Position numbers and translations under genes: made by a program. Of a stretch of DNA of 64,000 nucleotides, positions 1 through 10,672 are shown piece after piece. Source of the stretch: Acidimicrobiaceae bacterium. GTDB lineage: Bacteria > Actinomycetota > Acidimicrobiia > Acidimicrobiales > Poriferisodalaceae. Under the pieces are notes generated by a model. The model did no database searches. It was not told the DNA's origin and worked only from the letters and a program-made list of their open reading frames with translations. Position 1 is the first letter of the stretch, and each line of letters begins with the position of its first letter. Location of the stretch: NCBI GenBank assembly GCA_002705305.1, contig PAHW01000002.1, forward strand, positions 26,392 to 90,391. Reading direction: 5' to 3'.

Positions 1-47
1 CAGCCGCGGTCCGCGAACAGAAGTCAAACCTAGTTAACTTCAAGGCC

Positions 48-413
48 ATGGAAGACGAGATTCAAAAACTGGAAGAACGTCGTTGGGGAGCGATGATCGC
101 ATCAGACCTACAGGCGTTGGGCGATTTACTCCATCCGAAGTTGAGGTACACCCACTCCAATGCGAGCGTCGACTCTAAAGATTCATACCTGTCGGCAATT
201 GAACAAGGCATCTTTGACTATCGCAGCGTGGACAACAGCGACGTAGAAATCCAAGTCATCGACAACCTGGCACTGGTGAATGGCACCGCCAAAATCACCG
301 TGGAGGCTCGGGGCAGCGAGTTCCAAATTCATAGCCGTTACACATGCGTCTGGATGAGCACAGATAGTGGATGGAAGTTCCTCGCCTGGCAGAACACACC
401 GATCCCGAGCTAG
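48..413 (+). CDS. NTF2-fold / SnoaL-like (DUF4440-like) small protein
   Basis: 121-aa ATG ORF with no competing frame. Its length and pattern (EERRWGAMIASDLQALGDLLHP ... GWKFLAWQNT) resemble NTF2-like fold proteins. Family recalled, not searched. Confidence 0.5.
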   Translation: MEDEIQKLEERRWGAMIASDLQALGDLLHPKLRYTHSNASVDSKDSYLSAIEQGIFDYRSVDNSDVEIQVIDNLALVNGTAKITVEARGSEFQIHSRYTCVWMSTDSGWKFLAWQNTPIPS

Positions 414-484
414 CGCCGCACATTTGTGGTGGCCGCTCAGCCATAATGTTTCTGAGCAAGCACTGCGGCCCAAAGCGATAAGGG

Positions 485-1579
485 ATGTCGCGTACAGTCG
501 GGGCCAGCGTCGACGCGAGCGAGGATGGAATGAGTGACGGTACCGAAATCGTTGGGTACGACGTTCCGGCCGTAGAGGCATGGATTTCGCAAAATACCGA
601 AGGACTAGAACCGCCTTTTCAATGGATCCGATTAGAAGGCGGGCACAGCAACCTTACGTACGCGTTGACAGACCTGAAGGGAAATAGGGCTGTTGTTCGT
701 CGACCTCCGATGGGTGAGTTGCTACCGAAGGCTCACGACATGGGTCGTGAATTCGCGATCATCAGCGGCCTGGGTGCAACTGACGTCCCGGTTCCGACTG
801 CGTACGGCTACTGCGAGAGTCCCGAAGTCACCGGCGCCCACTTTTATGTCATGAGCCTTGTCGCCGGCCAGGCCTTGTTTGAATTAGAAGACGCGGTGGA
901 GTATCTCAGCCGTGATGCTCGAGCCAGGGTGGGACTGTCGTTCATCGATGTGCTAGCGGCTCTACATTCAGTTGACCCCGACGACGTTGGGTTAGGCAAC
1001 CTAGGGAAAAAAGAAGATTATGTAGGTCGACAGATCCGCACCTGGTATCGAAGCTGGCTCGCATCCGCCGAAGGCGCAGCGTATGACGACCCAGACTTAC
1101 ACGAGCTTCATGATTTTTTGGATGCGAGACGACCCGAGCAAGGCCCGGCGCGGGTAGTGCACGGCGATTACGGGCTACATAACTGCCTCATCAACCAAAG
1201 CGGCGAACTGACAGCGGTCTTGGACTGGGAAATTTCGACCCTAGGGGATCCAATGGCAGATTTCGCTTATGCACTAAACACATGGGCCGAACCCGAAGAT
1301 GAGTTAGTCAACAAAGAGAATTCGCCGACTCTCGCTGAAGGGTTCGTTGGGCGAGACCAGCTGGTTGATCGGTATGCATCACACACCGGATGCGATTTAA
1401 CACACTTGCCCTACTACGTAAGTTTCAATCACTTCAAAAGTGCGTGCATCATCCACGGCGTGTACGCGCGATACATGCAAGGTCAAAAGTCCACAGAGGG
1501 CGTTGATTTGGACTACTACCGCTCTCGTATCGGTATGTGCATCACGCTGAGCAAGCAGGCAGCGGACGAACTCGACTGA
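485..1579 (+). CDS. Phosphotransferase, APH / ACAD10-11-type kinase-like family
   Basis: 364-aa ORF. Brenner-type catalytic loop HGDYGLHNCLI followed by VLDWEISTLGDP, typical of aminoglycoside-phosphotransferase-fold kinases. Confidence 0.75.
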   Translation: MSRTVGASVDASEDGMSDGTEIVGYDVPAVEAWISQNTEGLEPPFQWIRLEGGHSNLTYALTDLKGNRAVVRRPPMGELLPKAHDMGREFAIISGLGATDVPVPTAYGYCESPEVTGAHFYVMSLVAGQALFELEDAVEYLSRDARARVGLSFIDVLAALHSVDPDDVGLGNLGKKEDYVGRQIRTWYRSWLASAEGAAYDDPDLHELHDFLDARRPEQGPARVVHGDYGLHNCLINQSGELTAVLDWEISTLGDPMADFAYALNTWAEPEDELVNKENSPTLAEGFVGRDQLVDRYASHTGCDLTHLPYYVSFNHFKSACIIHGVYARYMQGQKSTEGVDLDYYRSRIGMCITLSKQAADELD

Positions 1580-1588
1580 GATTAGCGA

Positions 1589-2254
1589 ATGCCTACCGAC
1601 TGGAACCCTCTACTACGGGATCAGTTCACGCAGCCCTATTGGGCTCAACTGCAAGGTTTCGTCCAGCATGAGCGTCGCGCTTCGGTTGTGTTCCCGCCCG
1701 AAGCAGAAGTGTTTGCTGCACTTCATCTCACCTCATATGAGGATGTGAAGGTCTTCATTCTGGGGCAAGACCCTTACCACGGCGAAGGGCAAGCCCATGG
1801 CTTATGTTTTTCGGTCCGTCCCGACGTACAGATTCCGCCATCGCTGCAGAACATTTATACCGAGATGCAAACAGACATAGGTGTCACCCCTCCGACACAT
1901 GGAAACCTTGAATCGTGGGCTCGCCAAGGTGTGCTCCTACTGAACGCGGTGCTTACCGTTCAAGCGCACAAGGCTGGTTCGCACCGCAACCGCGGATGGG
2001 AAATCTTTACCGATCAGATCATCCGGGTCGTCAACGATAAGCAAGAACGTGTCGTCTTTTTGCTGTGGGGAGCCTTTGCCCAAAAGAAAAAACCACTCAT
2101 CGACGCTGATCGCCATGTCGTTATCGAATCGCCGCACCCATCTCCCCTCAGCGCACACAGAGGATTTTTTGGCAGTCGCCCCTTTTCCCGAACTAATTCA
2201 GCGCTTACTGCCGCAGGACGGGAGCCCATTGACTGGAGCATTCCTCATAATTGA
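1589..2254 (+). CDS. ung: Uracil-DNA glycosylase, family 1
   Basis: 221 aa. Carries the water-activating motif GQDPYHG, the LLLNAVLTV segment and the C-terminal HPSPLSA leucine-loop motif. Confidence 0.9.
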   Translation: MPTDWNPLLRDQFTQPYWAQLQGFVQHERRASVVFPPEAEVFAALHLTSYEDVKVFILGQDPYHGEGQAHGLCFSVRPDVQIPPSLQNIYTEMQTDIGVTPPTHGNLESWARQGVLLLNAVLTVQAHKAGSHRNRGWEIFTDQIIRVVNDKQERVVFLLWGAFAQKKKPLIDADRHVVIESPHPSPLSAHRGFFGSRPFSRTNSALTAAGREPIDWSIPHN

Positions 2255-3042
2255 CTGGTCATGAGCTCAGGGTCGAGTTTGTTTCCCTTGTCGGTCCACT
2301 CGACCTGAGTCAGTGAGACGGAATCATCAGTCTCGGAGGCATCGACAGTAAAACGACCTTTGTGAACAGCAACTCCTCGGGCCCAGACTCGGCTCAGCCA
2401 ACGCGGATGCAGAGATACCTCTACGTGGCTATCCCGACCAGACAAATATCCGCGGACCCAAGACTCCTCAGAAAGGTTGATGTGACATCGGAACGGGATC
2501 AACGCGGGGCTCGGTATAGATGGTCGCTGATGACTGACGGCTTTCACGAATGCCCGTCGAGCCCTCAGTCTCGTCGCTTCGGCAAGGTGGCGACTGAGAG
2601 AGGGGTTGAAGTCCCATCCACGTTGGTCGGCGGCATCAACGACCGCAGCCGTGGCTCTGTCAAGGAACTCGTGGGGCAAAGTTACAGAAACTTCTCCCAT
2701 CTTGAGGGCGCGCTCTCGAGGCAAATCGTAAAGAAAATCCTGCACTCCCTCCGACCGTAATCTTTCGAGCGCAGTCATTAACCACCAACGACGCTGACGA
2801 TCGGAGTAGTGCCATGGTGCCCACTCTTCAATGAAACCGCCGTCAAGCACCGCAAGTTGCCACAAATCAAAAACTTCGAGGCATTTTGGCTTCACGCCCC
2901 CCAATGCCACGAGGGCCTTTTCGGCATCTATTTCCGGATGCTGTTGGAGAACAATGTTGCCCTGCGACCAAGTGATGCTGTGTCGGTTCCCCTCGCAATC
3001 GACGTCGAATGTGACAGGGGGGACCTGCTCGTACCAGGGCAC
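2245..3042 (-). CDS. Hypothetical protein
   Basis: 265-aa ORF filling the space between ung and the flavodoxin-like gene. It overlaps the ung stop convergently by 10 nt. No family recognised. Confidence 0.45.
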   Translation of the reverse strand: MPWYEQVPPVTFDVDCEGNRHSITWSQGNIVLQQHPEIDAEKALVALGGVKPKCLEVFDLWQLAVLDGGFIEEWAPWHYSDRQRRWWLMTALERLRSEGVQDFLYDLPRERALKMGEVSVTLPHEFLDRATAAVVDAADQRGWDFNPSLSRHLAEATRLRARRAFVKAVSHQRPSIPSPALIPFRCHINLSEESWVRGYLSGRDSHVEVSLHPRWLSRVWARGVAVHKGRFTVDASETDDSVSLTQVEWTDKGNKLDPELMTSQL

Positions 3043-3145
3043 GTGTCATGCCTCCGCAGTAGAGGTGTCAGCTACATGTGAGGCAAGAACGTTGACCCGG
3101 GTTCCGAATTCCACGTTGACATCGTACGGAGTAAGCCGCGAACTC

Positions 3146-3619
3146 TCAGATCAGATCGCTATCAAGGCTTACAGCGAGCAGGCCACCTATCTCGAAAGCA
3201 CTCTCGCGAGCGAGTTCAGTAATTTCGCCAACGACAAGCACGGGAGGTCGGAATTCTTTCCAACCCTGGGCGTTTGCAAGCTTTTGTATACCTTCAATTG
3301 TTTGGGCTCCATCGGTTCCGGCTTTGACTATGAGCTGATAAGGCAGTCCCTGCGTCTGATGCAAACAATCGTCCCAAATCTCTTCGAAGAAGACCTTTGT
3401 AGCGCCTGCCATTGAGCCGAAGTGTTCCGGAGTAGCTATCACCAGCACATCGGCGTTCATAACGTCAGCCGAAGTGGCCGATAGAGCGGAACGTTCAACA
3501 ATGTCTAATTCGATATCAATCAGCTCTGACGCACTCTTGACTCCCGACGAAAAAGATTCGACCAGCTGAAGAGTTGCGCCGTTACGGCTTTGATACACGA
3601 CCAGAATTTGTCGAGTCAT
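3146..3619 (-). CDS. Flavodoxin-like / NAD(P)H-dependent FMN reductase-like protein
   Basis: The ORF track extends to 3931, but the homology-like part starts at internal ATG 3619 (MTRQILVVYQSRNGAT...VLVIATPEHFGSMAG). The upstream extension overlaps the divergent amidohydrolase gene. Confidence 0.6.
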   Translation of the reverse strand: MTRQILVVYQSRNGATLQLVESFSSGVKSASELIDIELDIVERSALSATSADVMNADVLVIATPEHFGSMAGATKVFFEEIWDDCLHQTQGLPYQLIVKAGTDGAQTIEGIQKLANAQGWKEFRPPVLVVGEITELARESAFEIGGLLAVSLDSDLI

Positions 3620-3749
3620 GGCCCTACTTTGCCATTCCAGTTTGGCTAGTTCGATTTCTCTTCCTAAGAAATGCAAGTTGTCGTAGTTGCGAGAAGTCTG
3701 AACCAGGTAACGGGAATCAGTAGATGAATCATGGGTACGCTTTCGAAGC

Positions 3750-5462
3750 ATGCATGATCTTGTGATCCGAAACGGTGTGATCATCGATGGCAGCGGCGCT
3801 GCGAAGTTCAATGGCGACCTCGCTATCAACGGCGGTTTTGTAAGCGCCGTCGGCGAATTTGATGGCGCTGGCCACCGCGAGATTGACGCCGATGGGCAAC
3901 TGGTTCTCCCCGGATGGGTGGATATCCACACTCATTATGATGGTCAAGCCACTTGGGATCCCGAGATGTCTCCTTCTTCCTGGCACGGCGTTACCACAGC
4001 GGTGTTCGGGAATTGTGGGGTGGGCTTCGCACCTGTCCGTCCAGGTACGGAGGAGTTTTTAATTAACCTCATGGAGGGCGTGGAAGATATCCCCGGCACT
4101 GTTCTTGCTGAAGGCATCGATTTCTCGTGGGAGAGCTACCCAGAGTATTTGGACGTGTTGGAAAGCATGCCTCGTGTGATGGACATCGGAAGTCAAATTC
4201 CCCATGGGGCGCTCCGGTTTTTCGTTATGGGCGAACGAGGGGCTGACCATGCTGAAATTCCTACTGCCGAGGAGTTGCTGGAATTCGAACGCCTGGTGGC
4301 TGAAGGATTTAGTGCCGGAGCACTCGGATTTAGCACCAGCCGTACGTCGAAACACAAAGCGGCAGATGGCAGACTCACACCATCTTTGTCAGCAGGCGAC
4401 CCAGAATTAGCGGCGATTGCAAACGCGATGCGCTCCTCGGAAGCTGGAGTGCTGCAAGTGAACAGCGATTTTGGTCCGGGTGAATTCGAAATTCTTTTGG
4501 AGGCATCTCGTATATCGAAGAGACCGCTTTCGGCACTAATCATCCAGGTCGATCACTCTCCAGATCTTTGGCGTCAGACGCTTGAGCAGATTCGGAAAGC
4601 GAACGCAGAAGGGATCATGGCTAATGGCCAGGTCGGGTGTCGACCTATCGGTGTTTTGCTTGGTTTGGACGCCACAGTTAACCCATTTGGTAACCACCCC
4701 GCCTACCAAGCAATTGCTGACCTTCCCGCACATGAACGTGCTGCACTGCTTCGGACTGATCATGCGTTGCGAGAAAAGTTGGTTAACGATCGACCGATCG
4801 ACGCGTTTAGCGAATGGATGGATTACGCGCTTACTCGGGCCTATGAATTAGGTCCGGAACTCGACTATGAGCCTGAACCAGCTACCTCAGTTGCGGCTAG
4901 AGCTGAGCGCACAAGTTGTAGCCCTTGGGAGGTTGCACTTGATTTGTTAGCTGAGGGAACTGGCGAAACATTGTTGCTTTACCCATTTGAGAATTACACC
5001 TCCGGCTCTTTGGACGAAATTCACGAGATGCTTACCGATGCTCACACCATTTGCGGTGTCGGAGACGCTGGGGCTCACGTCGGAACTATTTGCGACGCTT
5101 CATACCCGACCTACCTCCTCACCCACTGGGGGCGTGACCGCACCCGCGGACCAAAGATCCCGCTGGAATTTCTTGTCAACAAGCAAACCCGACGAACTGC
5201 GGAAACGTACGGGTTGTTGGATAGAGGGTTACTCCGGCCTGGGTATAAAGCGGACTTCAACGTAATCGACTTCGACCAACTGACCGTTGGTCCACCTGAA
5301 CTTGTTCGAGATCTTCCCGCGGGCGGCAAACGTCTCGTGCAACGCCCGAAGGGCTACAGCCACACATTCGTTTCCGGTACCGAAGTGTCATGCCAAGGTG
5401 AAGCGACAGGGCAACGACCCGGACGCCTGGTCAGAGGCGCTCAGCATGACCCCGGGCAATAA
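3750..5462 (+). CDS. N-acyl-D-amino-acid deacylase (D-aminoacylase) family amidohydrolase
   Basis: 570 aa. N-terminus is [13 protein letters not shown]...[10 protein letters not shown] (HxH metal site) and the C-terminal DAGAHV motif is present. Paralogue of 47909..49633. Confidence 0.8.
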   Translation: MHDLVIRNGVIIDGSGAAKFNGDLAINGGFVSAVGEFDGAGHREIDADGQLVLPGWVDIHTHYDGQATWDPEMSPSSWHGVTTAVFGNCGVGFAPVRPGTEEFLINLMEGVEDIPGTVLAEGIDFSWESYPEYLDVLESMPRVMDIGSQIPHGALRFFVMGERGADHAEIPTAEELLEFERLVAEGFSAGALGFSTSRTSKHKAADGRLTPSLSAGDPELAAIANAMRSSEAGVLQVNSDFGPGEFEILLEASRISKRPLSALIIQVDHSPDLWRQTLEQIRKANAEGIMANGQVGCRPIGVLLGLDATVNPFGNHPAYQAIADLPAHERAALLRTDHALREKLVNDRPIDAFSEWMDYALTRAYELGPELDYEPEPATSVAARAERTSCSPWEVALDLLAEGTGETLLLYPFENYTSGSLDEIHEMLTDAHTICGVGDAGAHVGTICDASYPTYLLTHWGRDRTRGPKIPLEFLVNKQTRRTAETYGLLDRGLLRPGYKADFNVIDFDQLTVGPPELVRDLPAGGKRLVQRPKGYSHTFVSGTEVSCQGEATGQRPGRLVRGAQHDPGQ

Positions 5463-5465
5463 ACC

Positions 5466-6326
5466 ATGACCGACGCGCGAAGACGCTTCCGTGAGGCAAT
5501 ATTCGGAGGCGACGTCGTTTTTGCGCCTTTAGTCCTCGATCCCTTGTCTGGCCTAATTGTTGAAGAATCTGGGTTTTCGGCCGGGTATTTAAGCGGAGGA
5601 GCGCTCGGGTTCCAGTATGCGGTTTCTGAAGCCCTTTTGACCACAACTGAAATAGCCGACGCCGCGCGCCGCATCACTTCTCGCTGTCAACTTCCGCTAA
5701 TCGTTGACGGTGGCGTAGGTTTCGGCGACCCTGTCCACGTAGTTCGAGCGATATGGGAATTTGAACAGGCGGGCGCGGCCGCCGTCGAGTTCGAAGACCA
5801 AGTGTCACCCAAACGCGTCCACCATCACATCGGGATCGAGCATTTGGTTTCCACTGATGAGATGTGCGCGAAGGTCGCTGCTGCGTCCGAAGCACGTTCT
5901 GATAGTGACCTATTAATCATTGCTAGAACCGGTGCAATGCGTCACGAAGGTGTTGACGAGGGAATAGCACGTCTCAATTCCTATATCGAAGCAGGGGCGG
6001 ATGTCGCCATGGCGTTCTGCCGTGATCAAGACTTGCAGCAAGTAGCAAGTAAGACCTCTGCTCCGTTGGCCACAATTACTTCGCTGGATCAACACTCTCC
6101 GCAAGAGTGGAGAGACTATGGGTGGTCGCTAATTATTGACGCTTTTACCTCCCAAGCACTTTCGTTAACCGCCACCCGAGATGCCTATCGAAGCTTTATG
6201 GAGAACGGTTCCACCGGAACAGAAACAGACGGTAGGAAGCTTCATCGTGATCTAGTGGAAATTACTGGGTTAACTTCACTAATCGATTTGGAACGCCGAA
6301 CTACTGAGATTCCAGAATTGGATTAA
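5466..6326 (+). CDS. Isocitrate lyase / PEP mutase superfamily protein
   Basis: 286 aa with the EFEDQVSPKRVHH active-site loop (EDQ..PKR). The usual Cys of the K(R/K)CGH loop is Val here. The gene starts 3 nt after the upstream stop. Confidence 0.7.
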   Translation: MTDARRRFREAIFGGDVVFAPLVLDPLSGLIVEESGFSAGYLSGGALGFQYAVSEALLTTTEIADAARRITSRCQLPLIVDGGVGFGDPVHVVRAIWEFEQAGAAAVEFEDQVSPKRVHHHIGIEHLVSTDEMCAKVAAASEARSDSDLLIIARTGAMRHEGVDEGIARLNSYIEAGADVAMAFCRDQDLQQVASKTSAPLATITSLDQHSPQEWRDYGWSLIIDAFTSQALSLTATRDAYRSFMENGSTGTETDGRKLHRDLVEITGLTSLIDLERRTTEIPELD

Positions 6327-6337
6327 GGAGCTCGTTG

Positions 6338-7522
6338 ATGGTCGAAGCAATGCCGCTGTCCGACATCACCGTTATCGACTTGACGATCGCCCGAGCCGGC
6401 CCTACCGCGGTGCGACAACTTGCAGATTGGGGCGCCGACGTTGTACGGGTTGAATCTCCAGACGGTGGTTTCGAAGCAGGAGGTCATACCTCACCCGACT
6501 ATCTGAATCTCCATCGAAACAAGCGCTCAATCGTGATCGACCTGAAGGCAGATGAAGGTCGAAAGGTCCTCCATCGAATGGTCAAGTCGGCTGATGTTGT
6601 TGTTGAAAATATGAGGACTTCGGTCAAGTACAAACTTGGCTTTGACTATGAAACGCTATCCAACCTGAATCCGAGGATCATTCTCGGTTCTATATCAGGG
6701 TTCGGTCAGAGCGGGCCGTATCGCCAAAGAGGGGGAGTCGATCAGATCGCTCAGGGGATGGGCGGAATGATGTCTATCACCGGGCTCCCCGGTCAGGGAC
6801 CTGTGAGAGCTGGAGTGGCCATCAGCGACGTAACCGCTGGACTACAACTAGCGATTGGCATTTTGACTGCTTTACACGAGCGACACACAACCGGAAAAGG
6901 TAGGTGGGTTCATACATCGCTTCTTGAGTCAATGATCGGGATGCTCGACTTTCAGGCAGCCCGATGGACGGTCAGCAACCACAGTCCTCCTCAAGCTGGA
7001 AACGATCATCCGACCATGGGTCCGATGGGAATGTACAAAACTGCGGACGGCCACCTGAATCTCGCTGCTTCTGGCGGACGCCTTTGGGAGGCTTTTTGTC
7101 AAGAACTCGGTGTCCCTGAATGGTTAGAAGATCAACGGTTTTCTTCGAGTTCGGCGCGCAGAGAGAACAAAACTCGACTCAACGAACTCATCGAAGATCG
7201 CCTTGTGCAGCATTCAACCGCGCACTGGGTTGAGCGGCTCAATGAAGTCGGGGTTCCTTGTGGCCCGGTAAACACGGTCGCCGAAACGTTTGCCGACCCA
7301 CAGGTACAACACCTAGGCGTCGCTGCGCCTGTCTCTCACCCGACTGCGGGTGATATCAAAATCGTGAGAAACGCAACTAATTTAGAGGGAGTGTCAAACG
7401 ACATTCGGTCGGCGAGCCCACTCAAAGGAGAGCACTCTGAGGAGTTGCTGACCCAATTTGGGTTCAGTCCAGACGAAATCAAATCTTTGGCCAACGATGG
7501 CGTAGTACCGCTCCCCAAATAG
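6338..7522 (+). CDS. Family III CoA-transferase (CaiB/BaiF/Frc family)
   Basis: N-terminus is ITVIDLTIARAGPTAVRQLADWGADVVRVE. The putative catalytic Asp lies in VAISDVTAGLQLAIGILTAL. AAGGAG sits 8 nt upstream of ATG 6338 (the ORF track starts at TTG 6335). Confidence 0.85.
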   Translation: MVEAMPLSDITVIDLTIARAGPTAVRQLADWGADVVRVESPDGGFEAGGHTSPDYLNLHRNKRSIVIDLKADEGRKVLHRMVKSADVVVENMRTSVKYKLGFDYETLSNLNPRIILGSISGFGQSGPYRQRGGVDQIAQGMGGMMSITGLPGQGPVRAGVAISDVTAGLQLAIGILTALHERHTTGKGRWVHTSLLESMIGMLDFQAARWTVSNHSPPQAGNDHPTMGPMGMYKTADGHLNLAASGGRLWEAFCQELGVPEWLEDQRFSSSSARRENKTRLNELIEDRLVQHSTAHWVERLNEVGVPCGPVNTVAETFADPQVQHLGVAAPVSHPTAGDIKIVRNATNLEGVSNDIRSASPLKGEHSEELLTQFGFSPDEIKSLANDGVVPLPK

Positions 7523-7543
7523 GCCCGACCATTAGACCGATCT

Positions 7544-8551
7544 TCAAAATCCGGCGCGCTTGTCGACGACACCTTCGAACTCTTTGCCCTCCCGCAGCGA
7601 CACCAGATTTCGGCAGAAACGTTCTAAATTTCGACGCCCGCGATGTTGGCTAGCACCTGCCGTGTGTGGAGTCATCACACAATTCTCAAAGCCCCAAAGT
7701 GGACTCTCGGGAGGTAGAGGCTCCGTGGGCGCGACATCAAGCGCAGCCCCTCCGATGGCGTTATTTCGAAGGGCGCGTTCCAACGCAGGACCGTCAATAA
7801 TTTCACCGCGCGTAACGTTAAGAAATATTGCCGTTGGTTTCATCGCCGCGAAAAACTCATCGTTACACATCCCGCGAGTTTCATCGGTTAACGGGAGGCC
7901 GACAGCTAAGACGTCGCTAACGCGGATTACCTCATCCAACGCATCAATGCCTTCAACAACTTCGACTCCGTCACTGGATTGAACAGGGAAGGCATCTACT
8001 GCTCGTACGCTCATCCCAAAGGCCGTGGCTCGCCTTGCCAGATGTCGACCAGTGCCTCCAAAACCGACGATTCCCATTGTTAAGCCCTCAAGTTCGATTT
8101 CAGAGAATCGCATTCTTTCCCGGTTCTCGAGAGTCCAGCCATCAGGTCCCAACTCAATGGCCGTTTTGATCCGTCGCGTTAATGCGAGCAATAACCCAAA
8201 CGCCGTATCGGCTAAGTGGCCCCCCACTAGACCCTTTTCGCCTGTAAGCACGACATCACTTTCGACGAATTCGTCGTACATGAACATGTCCACGCCCGAC
8301 GCGGTCGCATGAACCCACTTCAGATTTGGAGCAGCTCGGAAAAGTGATTTCGGAGTAATCCCCAATATGACATCCGCGTCGGCGGCGTAGGCGGCGCCCT
8401 CCTTGGGGCTGTCAACAATCGTGATAGTGGCGCCTGGGCCGGCCGCCTCTTTGATCATTGCCTCATCTTCTGGGCTGACTTCAGGCAAGGTCAGCGTTTT
8501 GGTGACCAAAATGTTGAGCGGCCCATCTGGCATAGGGATTGGTGAATTCAT
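7544..8551 (-). CDS. D-isomer-specific 2-hydroxyacid dehydrogenase family, NAD-binding
   Basis: Rossmann motif GIVGFGGTGRHLARR and C-terminal TPHTAG. ATG 8551 overlaps the upstream stop as ATGA. The ORF-track extension to 8599 overlaps the upstream gene. Confidence 0.8.
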   Translation of the reverse strand: MNSPIPMPDGPLNILVTKTLTLPEVSPEDEAMIKEAAGPGATITIVDSPKEGAAYAADADVILGITPKSLFRAAPNLKWVHATASGVDMFMYDEFVESDVVLTGEKGLVGGHLADTAFGLLLALTRRIKTAIELGPDGWTLENRERMRFSEIELEGLTMGIVGFGGTGRHLARRATAFGMSVRAVDAFPVQSSDGVEVVEGIDALDEVIRVSDVLAVGLPLTDETRGMCNDEFFAAMKPTAIFLNVTRGEIIDGPALERALRNNAIGGAALDVAPTEPLPPESPLWGFENCVMTPHTAGASQHRGRRNLERFCRNLVSLREGKEFEGVVDKRAGF

Positions 8552-9423
8552 TGGTAGCTCGTCTCTACTCGGCCGATACCGGAATATTCGGCTACCCAAC
8601 TTTCTCCAGAAGCGACGGGATATCGGGTGTAGGCGCCCGTAATTACCTTTTGTCCGACATCCAATCCCATATTGAAGCGATAAAGAGTGGCCGCGAGGCG
8701 GGCGATTGAAACAAAGGGATTATCTACCTCTTCCCGATGCACACATCGAAAACGTTCTTCGCCGTTGCAATACTGCACGATCTCGGTTTCGTCGATGTCG
8801 GAAATTTCGTCTGGCGCCACGCCGCTTCCCTCGACAATGGCCCAGTTGGTCAGATTGTCTGCGACGAGCATGGCCAAGTTGCCTCCCACAAGGGCGCGCC
8901 GTTCGTTGAGTTCATAGCCGGCTGAAACTTTTTCAATTCGGCTAGGCACACTCTCGGGATTGACGTCAGGTCCAGAGATCTCTTCGCCAATGGTGAAACA
9001 CATTTCCGGTTCAATTGTGGCCCCGTTAACTGAAGATGCTAGGAGTGAAACTCCACTGTCAAATTTCTGCATTAGGTGACCGAAAGGACGATCGTCGATT
9101 CCCACTCGTCTACGAGCCCTGTCGGAGGTAAGGCCGACCTTCCAACCGACTTGCACTGCACCATCTTGGAGCCGACGACGTCTGATTTCCGCTTGTATTG
9201 CTAGGCCGTCGTTGAAATCAAGCCCCTCGAACAGTTCTTCGGAGAGTTCGCCGCCCCGTTGATAATGCTCCCAAAGAGCGTCAGCGGCGCGAGTTTGATT
9301 GTCGTTGAGAGAATTCACTCGTTTGACCGTAGTTGGGCTCTCGTGGGTTGTGCCCAATGAGGCCGCGCTGAGAGAGCCATTGGGGGAACTGCGGGTGATG
9401 GCCGCGGTCGACGATCCCAGCAT
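8548..9423 (-). CDS. 2-keto-4-pentenoate hydratase-like (MhpD/HpcG family, FAH superfamily)
   Basis: The GWKVGLTS motif and overall length fit the MhpD-like hydratase/decarboxylase family. The start is uncertain (ATG 9423, or GTG 9318). Confidence 0.6.
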   Translation of the reverse strand: MLGSSTAAITRSSPNGSLSAASLGTTHESPTTVKRVNSLNDNQTRAADALWEHYQRGGELSEELFEGLDFNDGLAIQAEIRRRRLQDGAVQVGWKVGLTSDRARRRVGIDDRPFGHLMQKFDSGVSLLASSVNGATIEPEMCFTIGEEISGPDVNPESVPSRIEKVSAGYELNERRALVGGNLAMLVADNLTNWAIVEGSGVAPDEISDIDETEIVQYCNGEERFRCVHREEVDNPFVSIARLAATLYRFNMGLDVGQKVITGAYTRYPVASGESWVAEYSGIGRVETSYQ

Positions 9424-9444
9424 GGGGCCAATCGAAATTTCGAG

Positions 9445-10641
9445 TTAAAGCAGGCCGCGGCGACTCTCATTCCAAGGAACATCACGGTCGAGTCTGGGCT
9501 CGCCAGGAAGCCCCAAAACGCGCTCGCCAAGGATGTTTCGTTGAATCTCGTCAGTGCCACCACGAATCGACATTGAAGGAGCAGTCATCGTCTCGATGTA
9601 CCCGTGCCCGTCGCTGAGCATTCCGTAACAACCGGCTGATCGGTTCGATAGGTAAGCGCGATCTTTGTACGACTTAACTGATCTTAATTTTGCTCCGCTG
9701 CCCGCAGGACCGGGAGCACCACTTGCCCGAGCCTCGTCGGCGGCGCGTTGAGATGTCCACCGGCTGACCCCATCGTGCGAGTAAATTTTGACAACTTCGT
9801 TTTGCCACAGCCGGTCTTCGGCTACGCCCAGATCTCGAAGGTCTGAAATCCAGCCAGGAACTCTGATGCCGCGGGCGTTGCCATCGCCACCACCCCGGCT
9901 TCCGCCGCCGGCTCGTTCATGAGCGAGAACCGTCATTGCGACCCGCCAACCCTCACCGATGTCGCCGATACGCCAGGCGTCTAACGCACGTGCGTTTTCA
10001 ACGAACACCTCGCTGAAATGAGCGTCGCGGTTCATTTGAGTGAGCGGCCGAACGTCTACCCCAGGCGTGTCGATCGGCAGAGCGAACATTGTTAGCCCTT
10101 TATGTTTTGGTTGGCCGGGATCGGTTCGAGCCAGGCAAATAGCCCAATCAGCCCACATAGCTCGGCTTGTCCAGGTTTTTTGGCCGCTGAGAACCCACTC
10201 GTCGCCATCGCGGTCTGCTTTCAAAGCAACATTGGCGAGGTCGGACCCTGCTTCGGGCTCGGAAAACATTTGACACCAGATTGAGCTTCCAGAGGCGATG
10301 GGACGCAACCAATCGTCCTGCTGTTTTTGGGTGCCATGGGCTAACAAGGCTGGGCCAACCATTCCGAGTCCGATAGCAAATGGATAAAGATCTGGAACGA
10401 TGAATTCGCGCAACAAACGCCCGATTAACGCGTTCTGACTTGGGGAAGCCCCGCGACCTCCATGTTCGTGCGGCCAAGTCGGAACATGCCAACCTCCGTC
10501 CACGGTTCCGGCGAGATATTGGCGACCATCTTCTAGGTCGTCTGATCCAGCGCCCATTGTCGTCAGCCGGGTGTCGGCACTTCGACGCTCGAGAACTAGC
10601 TCAAGTTCGGAGCGAACCTGTTCCTCGGTGAGCTCTGTCAC
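9445..10641 (-). CDS. Acyl-CoA dehydrogenase
   Basis: 398 aa with CQMFSEPEAGSDLA and the C-terminal GGTDEIQRNILGERVLGLPGEP typical of actinobacterial FadE proteins. Confidence 0.85.
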   Translation of the reverse strand: MTELTEEQVRSELELVLERRSADTRLTTMGAGSDDLEDGRQYLAGTVDGGWHVPTWPHEHGGRGASPSQNALIGRLLREFIVPDLYPFAIGLGMVGPALLAHGTQKQQDDWLRPIASGSSIWCQMFSEPEAGSDLANVALKADRDGDEWVLSGQKTWTSRAMWADWAICLARTDPGQPKHKGLTMFALPIDTPGVDVRPLTQMNRDAHFSEVFVENARALDAWRIGDIGEGWRVAMTVLAHERAGGGSRGGGDGNARGIRVPGWISDLRDLGVAEDRLWQNEVVKIYSHDGVSRWTSQRAADEARASGAPGPAGSGAKLRSVKSYKDRAYLSNRSAGCYGMLSDGHGYIETMTAPSMSIRGGTDEIQRNILGERVLGLPGEPRLDRDVPWNESRRGLL

Positions 10642-10672
10642 GGTTGCGCTAGTCGGTAAAACATGACCGGGT

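Noticed and set aside
3620-3931. Long N-terminal extensions in the ORF track (here and at 26024..26257, 37375..37632, 8552..8599, 29030..29074, 29136..29192, 37373..37444, 59299..59331, 62599..62676)
   Set aside because: The extensions are Arg/Pro/Ser-rich and lack family similarity. They overlap neighbouring or divergent genes. Internal ATG/GTG starts coincide with the beginning of the conserved domains or with ATGA/stop-start coupling.
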